Below are positions 35,063 through 45,452 of a stretch of DNA of 55,435 bases, piece by piece. The position numbers and the translations under genes are program-made. The stretch is from positions 1-55,435 of IMG/VR virus record IMGVR_UViG_3300006919_000067, one strand, 5' to 3'. A model generated the notes under the pieces. It saw only the letters and a program-made list of their open reading frames with translations, searched no databases and was not told the origin of the DNA. The stretch's first letter is position 1. Each line of letters opens with the position of its first letter. The stretch comes from a virus. Lineage: Duplodnaviria; Caudoviricetes.

Positions 35063-35420
35063 CCATGTATTCCTCTAATAGTTTCTTCTCCATTGCATGG
35101 GCTTCAATCTCCTGCCAACGATCTTCATAGGCACTCTCAGTATCCATGATTAAACACTTGAGATATTGACTCACGTGAACAAGCTCATGTAGAACTGTAG
35201 TTATTAGATCTGTTATGGAAAGTGATTTGTTAAGACGAATAGTAAACTCATCATCGTCTTCGAACATACAATCGCCGCAAAGTCCTTCTTTGTTAATGGC
35301 TTGAATATTTATATAAACAGCATCTTCAGAAGGGAAAAGTTTTTGTGCTCCAAAAGCAATGACATCACAGATGAGGTCTTCTTTCTTTTTGGCAAACTTA
35401 CTTTCAAACTCAACGATCAT
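35052..35420 (-). CDS. Zn-metallopeptidase-like protein (HExxH)
   Basis: LHELVHVSQY...WQEIEAH. Confidence 0.75.
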   Translation of the reverse strand: MIVEFESKFAKKKEDLICDVIAFGAQKLFPSEDAVYINIQAINKEGLCGDCMFEDDDEFTIRLNKSLSITDLITTVLHELVHVSQYLKCLIMDTESAYEDRWQEIEAHAMEKKLLEEYMVGH

Positions 35421-35423
35421 AGC

Positions 35424-35475
35424 GAATCTCTTGTTGTTACATATACAGATTACACTATGGTAGCAGTGTTGTCAA
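35424..35475 (-). promoter_or_regulatory. Early sigma70 promoter TTGACA-N17-TAATCT; GATTC before the ATG
   Basis: TTGACAACACTGCTACCATAGTGTAATCTGTATATGTAACAACAAGAGATTCGCTATG. Confidence 0.75.
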
Positions 35476-36104
35476 GCTTTTTGTGGAACATAAACCTCAA
35501 CGTTATCAGGTAGTTGGATTTTAGATTGATTATGAATATGATGAAGAACAAACTGAGTGTTCTTGAACTCACCAAAAATACCGTTCCAGATAGGTCTCCA
35601 CCTGTCTGCTAGTCTTACGTTATTAGTGGCACCTCTGTCTGAGTTCAAAACAAAGTCTGTGTAGCTTCTCATGTTCATATCAAATATGGAATCAAATCCA
35701 TACATGTGAAGAATGTCAGGCTTCAGTCTGTTTGCAGTATAGTGTACTGCCATATGTCCACAGTTAAAGTTCGTGTACATATTACCTTCATTTTCGTTTG
35801 GAAACAACTTTGTGTATGGTGGTAGAACTGTATAGAACTCCTTGATCTTATGACCAAACCTCATCTTAAAGTTGCCTTTGTTTTGGTCATACCAGATCTT
35901 AGGTCTATACCCTAGTACCCAATCTCCGGGGATCTCTACGCTTCCTTCCGTGAGTGCAGCAGACATTTTGAAGTCTACGATACAAGAAGCATATAGATTT
36001 TCAATAGCCATTGGGGGTTGATTACAAGCTACTTTGATACCCTTCGCAGGTCTATATAACTGTGCTTGATCACCATTACCTATTACATGTGCAACTCTAC
36101 TCAT
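35472..36104 (-). CDS. Putative glycosyltransferase (Maf/sialyltransferase-like motifs)
   Basis: HVIGNG, ACN, NCGHMA and MYGFDS motifs. Confidence 0.5.
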   Translation of the reverse strand: MSRVAHVIGNGDQAQLYRPAKGIKVACNQPPMAIENLYASCIVDFKMSAALTEGSVEIPGDWVLGYRPKIWYDQNKGNFKMRFGHKIKEFYTVLPPYTKLFPNENEGNMYTNFNCGHMAVHYTANRLKPDILHMYGFDSIFDMNMRSYTDFVLNSDRGATNNVRLADRWRPIWNGIFGEFKNTQFVLHHIHNQSKIQLPDNVEVYVPQKA

Positions 36105-36712
36105 TTAATCGTCTCACTACTTATTATCTTTCTGACTTCTTCTTTTCCTTTGGCCCCTGTCCAATGCACTATCTTTGGATTATTTGGATTAGTGCCATCT
36201 ATAAAATCTATTCGTAAAGTGTTATATTCTCTTGGAAGGTCAGTTATATGTATCATCCTTTTCAAAGGGCTAGTTAGCATACTGTGTAGAACTTCTTGAT
36301 CACCGACAATTGGATTTAGTGCAATCTCTGATGCCCAATCCTGTAAGATCTGAGGTTTACCCTGAAAGGCAACCACACCTGAGTTATGCCATTTCTCTCC
36401 ACGTCTTTTAGACCATGGAACATCCTCTACCATTGCAAGCTTATTAGGTTCTACATGATCAAAGATGCCATCTATGTTCTGTTTTATATGCATGTCAATA
36501 TCAAGCCAACAAACTTTGTCAACCTTTGATGCGGCATCTAGCATAGCAAATGGCTTCTTGAACCAGTTTTTAGCGTTTTGAACTGGTGTAGAAAAATCAT
36601 CAAAGTCATAAGTCAGTATAGGAGTATCTGAGTTTTCATTAAAGTTTTTCAGAAACCAATCTAACATCCATACTGTGTTACTATCATAGCCAGTAATAAA
36701 AAGATTTTTCAT
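36101..36712 (-). CDS. GT-A glycosyltransferase (GT8-like)
   Basis: WFKKP, WLDID (DxD), NSGV, GDQEVL and HWTG motifs. Confidence 0.8.
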   Translation of the reverse strand: MKNLFITGYDSNTVWMLDWFLKNFNENSDTPILTYDFDDFSTPVQNAKNWFKKPFAMLDAASKVDKVCWLDIDMHIKQNIDGIFDHVEPNKLAMVEDVPWSKRRGEKWHNSGVVAFQGKPQILQDWASEIALNPIVGDQEVLHSMLTSPLKRMIHITDLPREYNTLRIDFIDGTNPNNPKIVHWTGAKGKEEVRKIISSETIK

Positions 36713-37359
36713 TATATATCCTCTAAGACATAATCCTTGTTGTACATATGTTTGGCTAAACAGCCTTCCGTTTTTTGGATTGTACTAAAAGTTTCTCTAA
36801 CTTCCACAGGCCAAGGATAGTATTCTTCTAAGAAAGGAAATGTTGTTTTATTTAAAAATAAGTCAGTAGGTCTCGCCTGTAGTCTTGCTTCTTCAACTAA
36901 TGCTTTGGCTCCTTTTGGATTTACTCTGTACGCATGTGCGCCTGGAAAATATGGCTTAGATGTCAGAGGTTGTTTTCCAAGCATGGAAGGTTGCATAAAC
37001 TTACCATATGAAGGTCTTCCAAAAGATATACATCCATCAAAAGAAATCTCAGGTATCGAGTCCATCACTACAGCATCATGTTCAAAGATTGTCACCTCTT
37101 CATTGCATTCTGCAGAAAACTGCCATATGGAAAAGTGAGAACAAAAGGCTGCACGTGCATTGTCTTCTCTAGAAAACCTATCTCCATAAAAGAGAGTGTC
37201 GTTTATTTTTTGTTCTTTCATGAAGTCTTTAGCTTCTGATGGTACAAACGCATCATAGTAATCAACCTCAAGATCAAACCTTGCGGCTGACGCTATACAT
37301 TTAGAAGCTGCTTCTAAAGATTTATCATTTTCACGAATAGTAATAACAAAGTTTTTCAT
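36712..37359 (-). CDS. GT25-like glycosyltransferase
   Basis: YDAF, AFCSHFSIW, IFEHDA and GAHAYRVNPKGAKAL motifs. Confidence 0.8.
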   Translation of the reverse strand: MKNFVITIRENDKSLEAASKCIASAARFDLEVDYYDAFVPSEAKDFMKEQKINDTLFYGDRFSREDNARAAFCSHFSIWQFSAECNEEVTIFEHDAVVMDSIPEISFDGCISFGRPSYGKFMQPSMLGKQPLTSKPYFPGAHAYRVNPKGAKALVEEARLQARPTDLFLNKTTFPFLEEYYPWPVEVRETFSTIQKTEGCLAKHMYNKDYVLEDI

Positions 37360-37361
37360 AG

Positions 37362-38204
37362 TTATCCTGTAGTTGTTGATTGTATACCCTGAAGTTCTGT
37401 AACGAATGGGTATATTTGTTTTAGTTGATTTGGAAAAAACTGCTTACACATTAAAGCATCATTAGGCCAAAGACCTATTTCGTCAACTTTTTTCAGAAGT
37501 TTTAATGCCATGCTAGGACTAATGACATATGCAGAGTTTCCTGCAATACCTTGTGGAGTATATTTGTCATCATCAACCCAAGGTGAATCACTAACCGTAT
37601 AACCATTAAAATCTTTTGCACTATTAATATTATTTTGTAGGTTAATAACAGATTCGTAATACTTTGCAGATTTTCTAGTAGCACCCCTTGGATTGTTAAG
37701 ACCAATGATACCGTGCTTATTTAGCTTCTCGTAGGTAGTATTACTATTACCATAAAGATCAAGCTTTCTTACAAACAAAGCATCGTGTTCTAAAACTACT
37801 ATAGGGAATCTCTGAGATGCACAAACCAACCAACATCTCATGTGAGAAACCATACACGAAATAACCTTATTGATATCTTTAGCAGCATACCCTGTCAAAT
37901 GTAAACCTGATTTAATGTCTATTCTTTTTTCCCCCGCTAACGGGTACGTCCAATCCATTTTTGTCTTGTTAAAATCTTTTAAATGCTCGTCTAAATTTGA
38001 GGGAGTTGTGGCAGGTAAAATAAATGGTATAAACCTACTACCAGTATCTTCAATAGATTTCACAACTTTTCTAGTAGCTGCTGTAGACGCAGAGTTGTTA
38101 ATATCAGATATAATAAAAGCAGGAAGTTTTCCTTTAGCCGACATCACAAAGGTTGAAGCCTTTGTTTTTGATATAACGCTATCTAATGAATCTCCTATAG
38201 ACAT
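37362..38204 (-). CDS. GT25-like glycosyltransferase
   Basis: SCMVSHMRCW, VLEHDA and GNSAYVISP..ALKLL motifs. Confidence 0.8.
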   Translation of the reverse strand: MSIGDSLDSVISKTKASTFVMSAKGKLPAFIISDINNSASTAATRKVVKSIEDTGSRFIPFILPATTPSNLDEHLKDFNKTKMDWTYPLAGEKRIDIKSGLHLTGYAAKDINKVISCMVSHMRCWLVCASQRFPIVVLEHDALFVRKLDLYGNSNTTYEKLNKHGIIGLNNPRGATRKSAKYYESVINLQNNINSAKDFNGYTVSDSPWVDDDKYTPQGIAGNSAYVISPSMALKLLKKVDEIGLWPNDALMCKQFFPNQLKQIYPFVTELQGIQSTTTG

Positions 38205-38208
38205 ATCT

Positions 38209-38784
38209 CTACTTTCTTTTTAAAACTGTGTATCCAACATTTTTCTCGTTTCTCTCAACGATTCGCCAAGGATAATCAAGGCAAAAGTTTTGCAAACAAT
38301 CATATAGTCTACTGTCTTTTTTTCCATGCAAGATACTTGTATCGTGTGCTATGATATATTTATACGTATTAGAATGGTGTAAACGTAACTCTTGTATCAT
38401 ATGATTAGGATGATGTAAAGAGTCAATCATTAGCATATCCGTTTTGGTAGTTGACTTCATACTAAGAGAACTTACTTCTAGAACAGTCAAATCGATATCA
38501 TATTTCTCAGCATACTCTTCGGCTAGTGGTTTTAAGAACTTCTTATATCTACTAGTGTCAATATCAACTAGTTGAACACTCTCTGGCTTGCACAGTAAAG
38601 CAGTAGAAGCAGTACCACCCTGATGCGTACCTAGTTCCATATAGTACCTACACTCTGGCATATACTTTTTAATAGCATCATGAATGTCACAGTAGTGTTC
38701 GCCATGGGCTTCTACTTGCTGTCGAATGATTTCACTATTAAATTCCTCTAATGAAGTCACATGTCCTAGTTCAGAGTTTATCAT
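38209..38784 (-). CDS. Class I SAM methyltransferase (Methyltransf_24-like)
   Basis: MELGTHQG, DMLMIDSLH and IIAHDT motifs. Confidence 0.75.
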   Translation of the reverse strand: MINSELGHVTSLEEFNSEIIRQQVEAHGEHYCDIHDAIKKYMPECRYYMELGTHQGGTASTALLCKPESVQLVDIDTSRYKKFLKPLAEEYAEKYDIDLTVLEVSSLSMKSTTKTDMLMIDSLHHPNHMIQELRLHHSNTYKYIIAHDTSILHGKKDSRLYDCLQNFCLDYPWRIVERNEKNVGYTVLKRK

Positions 38785-38785
38785 T

Positions 38786-39646
38786 TTATACCTCGTATTT
38801 TATAGCGTCAATACACATATCTTCAAGTGATTTTTTTTGTTCAAAGTATTTGGATTTTATTGGAACAGTTGACACTGCAATGTCACCATCTCTTCTTGGG
38901 CCTTCAACTACTTCAAAGTTCGCTCTAGATACATTAGCCATAGTATCTATAACCTCTTTTACAGAGTATCCCTCAGGAGATCCTAGACAGTCAATCTCAT
39001 TAGTTGGATCATTCTCAGTAATCCTTAGGAGAGAGTCTACTATGTCTTTGACATGAGTGTAGTTCCTTATACATGTGCCATCTCTAGTGTCAAAATCTGT
39101 TCCATGAATATACAGCCTGTCAAACTTACCATTCACAACTGCTGCTGCCCTACGTATCAGATGACTATACTCATCATCATACTTTTGCATTCCATCATTT
39201 CCACTAACATTGTAAAACCTAACTAGGCTACACTTATCGTTAAACTGTTTTGCCACAAGTTCACCTGCATGCTTAGATCCTGCGTAAGGATTACTAGCAG
39301 GATTAAATGCACTTCCTGTAGAACAATATACAAAATGATTACATGGTGCCGAATCAATCACGTTCTTAGTTCCAACTACATTTGTCAAGTAATAATCATA
39401 AGGATCTTTTACAGAGTTTGGAACTTTAGTTCTTGCCGCAATATGAACGACTTTATCTACACCCACTATTTTATTTGATATAGGTTTACGAATATCCCAC
39501 TCTATGATCTTTGCACAGTATTTTTTCAAATCGTTCTGTTCGAGATTATAGTCTGTAGCAACAATGGTATGACCTGCCTCTGCAGCAACCTTTACAAAAT
39601 GAGCACCAACATATCCTGTTGCTCCTGTAACTAAAATTCTCATCAA
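38786..39646 (-). CDS. galE: NAD-dependent sugar epimerase (UDP-glucose 4-epimerase-like)
   Basis: TGATGYVG, HIAA, PYAGSK, RFYNV, DGTCIRNYTHV and RRDGD motifs. Confidence 0.88.
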   Translation of the reverse strand: MMRILVTGATGYVGAHFVKVAAEAGHTIVATDYNLEQNDLKKYCAKIIEWDIRKPISNKIVGVDKVVHIAARTKVPNSVKDPYDYYLTNVVGTKNVIDSAPCNHFVYCSTGSAFNPASNPYAGSKHAGELVAKQFNDKCSLVRFYNVSGNDGMQKYDDEYSHLIRRAAAVVNGKFDRLYIHGTDFDTRDGTCIRNYTHVKDIVDSLLRITENDPTNEIDCLGSPEGYSVKEVIDTMANVSRANFEVVEGPRRDGDIAVSTVPIKSKYFEQKKSLEDMCIDAIKYEV

Positions 39647-40320
39647 TCAAAAACCCCTGAAGTAGTTGTAGGCACATATGTCAACTCAGTCTTTAAAGCG
39701 CCACGATGTGTATCCCATTGACTTTCATGTAGAGCATTACCACCAACAACAGCATTACCGTTTCTATATGGAGTAATCTTTATCTGTTCGTACAGATTAA
39801 TATATCTATTCATATTATCATGACCTGCGAATCCCACTTTATCATATATTGCATTATATTTCAAGGCATATTCAGGATTGCATGTATAGCCATGCGTTGC
39901 TTGTTCTCTAACGCAAAGATTGATAACTCTAGAAGTATATGGTTGGTTTAAATCTAAAGGTCTTCCAACTATGGCATCATGTTCTAACACTATAGCCGTA
40001 GAACCTGTTTCAATAATCTTTTTACGAACTTCATAATGACTCATTGTCATACATTGCTGCATAACAATCATTCTATTTTCTATTTCTTTAGTGGGTTCTT
40101 TACCTGCTTTTCTTCTGTAGTTACCAAGAAGTCTTTCTCTATAATCTTCTCTTACAGGCCAACCACCATAATATTTCTCTAGTGTATATGGTGTGATAGC
40201 ATCAAATAGTATAGGGTTTATATTATTTGCTCGACATGTTTCAACACACCTTTTAGTGAGTGCTTTAACTTTATCACTTTCAAATGTATTGATAGTTGTT
40301 ATGATATATGCATCAAACAT
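39643..40320 (-). CDS. GT25-like glycosyltransferase
   Basis: FDAITP, CMTMSHY and VLEHDA motifs. Confidence 0.7.
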   Translation of the reverse strand: MFDAYIITTINTFESDKVKALTKRCVETCRANNINPILFDAITPYTLEKYYGGWPVREDYRERLLGNYRRKAGKEPTKEIENRMIVMQQCMTMSHYEVRKKIIETGSTAIVLEHDAIVGRPLDLNQPYTSRVINLCVREQATHGYTCNPEYALKYNAIYDKVGFAGHDNMNRYINLYEQIKITPYRNGNAVVGGNALHESQWDTHRGALKTELTYVPTTTSGVFD

Positions 40321-41123
40321 TACTTAAGTCTCCATTCACTTTTAGGTTTGTTGACAATAGTATGATGCCAATCACCATCTTGATTATCTGCATTCCTAAG
40401 TTGTACATGACATAGCTTTGCGACTCTATCATCCCTACCATCAAATATAGGTCTAGGATCTTGTTTAGCATCTCCTGTATAATGGATTTGAGTATTCCAT
40501 CCGTTATACATTTCAGTAATATCCATATCTGCTATAATCATATTGGCATGAAGATAGTTCTGATCAAGTCGATAAAATCTAGGTAATGATGTTGCTGCCA
40601 TAAGATCTGTATATTCTCTAAACTTCACAAATCTTTTACGTGCCTTTTCTCTTCCTTTACGTGTATATACAACAACACCTGAGTTAAAGATTTTCATATC
40701 TCCATTATCATTTAGCGGCATATCTACTTTATATTTGTTTTTAAGATAACTATTCCATAGTTTGTCATGCTTGCTAGTGAATAAACCTTCGCCTTTTGAT
40801 CTAGATATTTCTTTGTGCTCTTCCCTGCACACTCCAATGTCAGCAATGTCTTGATCAAATATACTCTCAGATAAGTCTTGAACCGCAAATATATCTGTAT
40901 CAGCAAACAATATATTATCATATTCTTCAAACACTGGATTCCAAATAACTTCAAAGGCATTGTAGTACTGAGGTATATCTGTGTATTGGTTTGCCCAAGT
41001 TGGGTTTCGCTTGAACTGATATTCGGCACCAATCCTTTTGGCATACTGTTCCATATTGTGTACGCCATGCTCTACTGCAACACCAGGAATTCCCAACCAA
41101 TACTGATATACTAAGTTCTTCAC
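40320..41123 (-). CDS. GT-A glycosyltransferase (GT8/GT34-like)
   Basis: YAKRIGAEY, ADTDIF, FNSGV and DQNYL motifs. Confidence 0.78.
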   Translation of the reverse strand: MKNLVYQYWLGIPGVAVEHGVHNMEQYAKRIGAEYQFKRNPTWANQYTDIPQYYNAFEVIWNPVFEEYDNILFADTDIFAVQDLSESIFDQDIADIGVCREEHKEISRSKGEGLFTSKHDKLWNSYLKNKYKVDMPLNDNGDMKIFNSGVVVYTRKGREKARKRFVKFREYTDLMAATSLPRFYRLDQNYLHANMIIADMDITEMYNGWNTQIHYTGDAKQDPRPIFDGRDDRVAKLCHVQLRNADNQDGDWHHTIVNKPKSEWRLK

Positions 41124-41749
41124 AGGTCTAGTTCCATTTGTCTTTTCTGTTCTGCAGGAGATTGCGCTTCTATGACTGCAGAATGAAATGCACGAATATC
41201 TCCGGGTGTGTCAATGTTTTTGAATGCAGGTAATCCACTCTCTTGATATTTTTTTTCTCTTACATTAATATACCCTATTTCTTTCATGGTGTCAATAAGT
41301 TCCTGCTTACCCCAAATATGTTTATGCTCACCACCCTGCCACATAATACCTTCAGCGCATTGATCTTGCATACGCATAAACTCCGTACCTTTAGGCGCAA
41401 ACTTATGCTTTACCACATAAAAATGATAGTAATGTTTAACCCAAGGATGATTATCAAGATCTTCTTCTTGGCGCAGCCATTCTACAAACTCCATTGGAGG
41501 CCAAATGGTTCTGATAGTACCAAAGGGTTTCATTACACGAAGCATTTCTTTTAGAAAGTTGATACCTTCTTCTTTGGTCAAGTGTTCAATAAAATGTTCG
41601 TTGTAAACACCGCTATACGTCTTATCCTTTACGCCCCTCATAGGAAGGTCACGCATATCGTATACCATGACTCCCGGCATCTTTACATCACGCACAGCAT
41701 CCCAATTCAAACCACGCTGTTTAGAACCTGCTATTTCTAGAAATCTCAT
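41120..41749 (-). CDS. SAM-dependent methyltransferase (type 11-like)
   Basis: EHFIEHL...FLKEMLRVMKPFG motif. Confidence 0.8.
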   Translation of the reverse strand: MRFLEIAGSKQRGLNWDAVRDVKMPGVMVYDMRDLPMRGVKDKTYSGVYNEHFIEHLTKEEGINFLKEMLRVMKPFGTIRTIWPPMEFVEWLRQEEDLDNHPWVKHYYHFYVVKHKFAPKGTEFMRMQDQCAEGIMWQGGEHKHIWGKQELIDTMKEIGYINVREKKYQESGLPAFKNIDTPGDIRAFHSAVIEAQSPAEQKRQMELDL

Positions 41750-42546
41750 CTCATATCCCTTATATCCACTAGCTTTGCTAGTTCTTCAATATTCTCACCT
41801 TCCATAGGCAAGACCGTCTTATGAAAGAAGTGAATAAAATGTGCCTCATGAAGTTTTTCATTAGGAACTGCATTATACAAACCATTCCACTTCCAATCTA
41901 GATGTTTTAATCGCATCTTCTCTTCCCTGATCCAAGTGTTAAGAAGAGTTTGATCTGTAGACCATTTCCATGCACCAAGACCATCAATGAATGGCTTGAA
42001 CCTTGGTCTCCTTAAAAACTGTGCAGGGGTTTCTCCATTTAAATATTTACCCATAGATTTATTCATGAGCATCATACCCATGTTAAAGAACTCAGCACCA
42101 TGCTTGTTCCATTTCCAATCTACATTTTTAATAGTGCCATACTGCATACGAGAATAGTTAGTTATCTTTTGCATATACTTTTGGCTTAACGGCATTTCTC
42201 TTTCGACAACACCTGCAAAGTCATAGGTATCATCAATCTCATCAAAGATATTAGGAGCATCTTCACGAATGTAAATATCACCATCTATCAAAGCAATCTT
42301 ATCATATGATTTGAAATATGCAAAAGCATTTTCTTTTTCGTAGATAGGAAGAAACCCACCATACTTACCATAGGATTCGTTTGATCTATTTGTTTGAAAT
42401 ATGTCAGGTTTTATCATAAGAATAGGATGCCGTTGCACAATATAGTCAGCGCCTATTCTTTCTGCGTATGCTTTAACTGATGCAGTACAAAAGTCGTAAA
42501 GTTTTTTACGCTTGCCTGTGTATACTTGATATATCAATGTTTTCAT
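41746..42546 (-). CDS. GT-A glycosyltransferase (GT8/GT34-like)
   Basis: YAERIGADY, IDGDI, FNMGM, TDQTLLN and FIHF motifs. Confidence 0.8.
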   Translation of the reverse strand: MKTLIYQVYTGKRKKLYDFCTASVKAYAERIGADYIVQRHPILMIKPDIFQTNRSNESYGKYGGFLPIYEKENAFAYFKSYDKIALIDGDIYIREDAPNIFDEIDDTYDFAGVVEREMPLSQKYMQKITNYSRMQYGTIKNVDWKWNKHGAEFFNMGMMLMNKSMGKYLNGETPAQFLRRPRFKPFIDGLGAWKWSTDQTLLNTWIREEKMRLKHLDWKWNGLYNAVPNEKLHEAHFIHFFHKTVLPMEGENIEELAKLVDIRDMR

Positions 42547-43153
42547 AATCTTGTCCTATAAAGGTTCTGTACGGCGACTTGTGATCTATTGTATTTAGAC
42601 CATCTATAATGATCTGCTCTATATAGAAAAAGTCTTTCATTTCAGTTTGTCTTTTTAAGTTCATTATACTCATCAAGTGACCATCGCTATTTCTGTCTAC
42701 TGGCTGGCAAACCGCTCTTGCAACCAATCTCTCTGCTATAGGTGGGGTGATATAATAACCTGAACCAGGAGACATAACAGTAACACCATCAGGGTCTTTC
42801 ATATAAGATAGTATTTTATAGCCTTGCTTATCAAAGTTTGGAAGAGGTTTTGATAGCATAGAATCATGTTCAATAATCACTAATGGACCTTTTTTGATAC
42901 ATTGACACCAAAGATCGAAATGGCTATACCATACAGATTTTTCAGTAGCCGTGAAAGACTTAGTTCTGCCACGTCTTTTTCTACCAAAATTTAAAGTATT
43001 TCTATATACCAAGTCTTTAGGTGTTGTTGCATCGTGTAGTATAACTTTGATGCCATGTGTATTCCAACTAGGCATTACTGTTCTCATATACATTTGGGAA
43101 ACAGGATGATCTTTAATCTGGATCATAGCGACTTTATAGTTCTGGTTGGTCAT
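42506..43153 (-). CDS. GT25-like glycosyltransferase
   Basis: DATTP, TEKSVWYSHFDLW, IIEHDS and GYYITP motifs. Confidence 0.75.
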   Translation of the reverse strand: MTNQNYKVAMIQIKDHPVSQMYMRTVMPSWNTHGIKVILHDATTPKDLVYRNTLNFGRKRRGRTKSFTATEKSVWYSHFDLWCQCIKKGPLVIIEHDSMLSKPLPNFDKQGYKILSYMKDPDGVTVMSPGSGYYITPPIAERLVARAVCQPVDRNSDGHLMSIMNLKRQTEMKDFFYIEQIIIDGLNTIDHKSPYRTFIGQDYENIDISSIHRQA

Positions 43154-43673
43154 GCATTCTAATCAGTTGATGAAAGTCATAATTAAGGATATTATTATTA
43201 TTGTATATGTAACTAAAATTAGTATTAAAACGTCTAAGTATTTTATTTGCTGTATGATGATTCATAATAAGTTTATGTCCATCATGTATATATCTAACAG
43301 GCTCGTCTTTATAATGTATCTCAATATCATCTTTAAAGTTACTAACATCAGCAAAAAGAATCATAAAGTGTTTCTTTAAAATCCTAGCTTTTCTTAATAT
43401 GGACAAATAAGAATACCACTTATAAAGTTGAGTAGTGCCTATATCACTAGCAGGAACATCAAGATAAAATCCCATGTCCTTCTGGATATCCTCAGGAGAC
43501 ATTTTACGAAGAACCATTGGAAGATCATTTACATATTGTACGGTAAAGCTATACCCAAATATCTCTAACCTTTTCTTTATATGTGAAAGGTTTATCATTT
43601 GTGGATCACTATTAGCATCACACATAATGAACACTCTAGTGTCTTTAGGTAGGTATAGAGGATCTTCTATCAT
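43134..43673 (-). CDS. Hypothetical protein, possibly a degenerate GT25
   Basis: WYSYLSIL...FMILFADV weakly aligns with the paralogs' WYSH...ILEHD. Confidence 0.45.
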   Translation of the reverse strand: MIEDPLYLPKDTRVFIMCDANSDPQMINLSHIKKRLEIFGYSFTVQYVNDLPMVLRKMSPEDIQKDMGFYLDVPASDIGTTQLYKWYSYLSILRKARILKKHFMILFADVSNFKDDIEIHYKDEPVRYIHDGHKLIMNHHTANKILRRFNTNFSYIYNNNNILNYDFHQLIRMHDQPEL

Positions 43674-44641
43674 CTGTAATCATCCAAGTTAAACTTTGTT
43701 CCATACATTTTATAGTTTTCACGTCCATGATTAGTATACACTAAAACTTCAGGATCGTCAATCAAGAAGTCACAACTCTTGCAAAAGTCAGGATAGTCTC
43801 CTGTTTCATGTTGCTTTCTAAGCGTATTATATTCATCTCCATACCAAATCTCTTCAAGCGTGTTGAGCGAACCATGTCCTAGTACTGCCTCATCATCTCT
43901 TCCTAGCACTTGACAGCAAGGGTGAATAGCACCAGTGCTATTACCAAGACCTCCAGCCCTAATAACAATATCAGGGGAAAAGGGTCTACCACAAGTTTTC
44001 TTTTCACCACTTCTATCATACTCAGGATCATATACACCACTCCAATTATGCATCTTCCAAATCTCTGTCTGAACATTAGCAGACTTCACGATTTTCTTAT
44101 ACTCTTCAACTTCATGATCAATGTTATCATTATCAAGTATTAGGTGATATGTTGCAACAACACATTTCGATTTAGAACGAACAACGTAACGTTTCATTTC
44201 GTGAAGGTTAGATATTACCCTATAGAAGTTATCACTGTTCATCCACTCCTTGTATTTATCATAGTTGTACCCTACAATACTAAACCTAAAGAAATCTAAA
44301 CCTGCATCAACACATTCTTTCATGAAGTTACCATTCATACGGTATCCATTAGAAAAGATTACAGCTTGTGCGCCATACTTCTTAACCACCTCAATATACT
44401 TTGGTAGATCCATAGAGATTGTAGCCTCGCCAGATCCATCAAGATTTACAACATTCAGTCCTGCTTCTGCACACTCTGCAACATATCTTTCGAACTCTGC
44501 CAATGGCATCTTCTTCATCCAGTTTTTACCACGTGCGCCTGTAGTACCATCAGGATTAGTCTGTGGACACATCTGACAGGTGTAGTTACATCCACCTTGT
44601 ATTTCGATAACTGCTCTGTCTATTTGCATTTTACCATCCAT
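43670..44641 (-). CDS. Radical SAM protein with SPASM/twitch domain
   Basis: CNYTCQMC (CxxxCxxC), GSGE, and C-terminal CGRP...PCC...CKSC. Confidence 0.9.
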   Translation of the reverse strand: MDGKMQIDRAVIEIQGGCNYTCQMCPQTNPDGTTGARGKNWMKKMPLAEFERYVAECAEAGLNVVNLDGSGEATISMDLPKYIEVVKKYGAQAVIFSNGYRMNGNFMKECVDAGLDFFRFSIVGYNYDKYKEWMNSDNFYRVISNLHEMKRYVVRSKSKCVVATYHLILDNDNIDHEVEEYKKIVKSANVQTEIWKMHNWSGVYDPEYDRSGEKKTCGRPFSPDIVIRAGGLGNSTGAIHPCCQVLGRDDEAVLGHGSLNTLEEIWYGDEYNTLRKQHETGDYPDFCKSCDFLIDDPEVLVYTNHGRENYKMYGTKFNLDDYR

Positions 44642-45452
44642 TCACAAATCTAAAGAATATTTCTTTAAAGTTGTCTGCTTTTTCAGTTGCACTTTCTATC
44701 ATATAGTCAATCTTTTTAAGATCTCTATCTATATAGAACCCTTTATCTGTTACCACTGCAGCAGGAGTATGCCACTTAGAAATAGAAGAAGTGCCTATCA
44801 CTATATGAGGTTTAAAAAGATTCTTACTGATATAATGCCACATTCCCTCATACGACAAACAACACTCACAAGTTCTTATATGGTATAACGCTTCTCTTAT
44901 AGGAGTTCTATAATCAATCTCTGTCACGCTATATCCAAAGTCTTCTAACCTGTCGATAAGCCTTTGCCACTCCCAATCTAAAAGTATGTGTTTATCATTA
45001 TCAACTTGTTGGGTCATATTATTGGTTGGTCTCCACAAAACTATTTTTTTATTTTGTGATGGAGTAGATATTGTGGGATCTAATGCCCAATATCGATACA
45101 TCTCAGATCTCTTATATCTCGTAATACCTTGATAAAACTGCTTATATAATGCCGTATCAGTACTATTATAAACGTATTCAACATCAACTATATCTTTCCA
45201 CATATACCTGTCTCGAATATATTCGACTCTAGCTACAACTGCTTCAGGATCTTCATAGTGATGAACATAGTCTTTTGGATGATAAAAATGTAGTTGAAAC
45301 TTTGTTGGTTTTTGATTAACAAATGCTCTCATATAAGCAATGTTAAGACCATACATACTGTCACCAATACCTACAGTAGTTTTCCATCTAATAGTATCTT
45401 TACCGTGATTATCACGCCAATTGTTTATCCAATGATGCCACAGGTCGCTCAT
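44631..45452 (-). CDS. Putative GT-B glycosyltransferase (GT9-like); paralog of 22787-23506
   Basis: VGIGDS and IDYRTP...IRTCECCLSYEGMWH motifs. Confidence 0.5.
   Translation of the reverse strand: MSDLWHHWINNWRDNHGKDTIRWKTTVGIGDSMYGLNIAYMRAFVNQKPTKFQLHFYHPKDYVHHYEDPEAVVARVEYIRDRYMWKDIVDVEYVYNSTDTALYKQFYQGITRYKRSEMYRYWALDPTISTPSQNKKIVLWRPTNNMTQQVDNDKHILLDWEWQRLIDRLEDFGYSVTEIDYRTPIREALYHIRTCECCLSYEGMWHYISKNLFKPHIVIGTSSISKWHTPAAVVTDKGFYIDRDLKKIDYMIESATEKADNFKEIFFRFVNGW

Noticed and set aside
35306-38364. Intragenic TATAAATA matches at 35306-35313 and 38357-38364
   Set aside because: Both lie inside CDSs in AT-rich DNA and may be chance; not called without TSS data.
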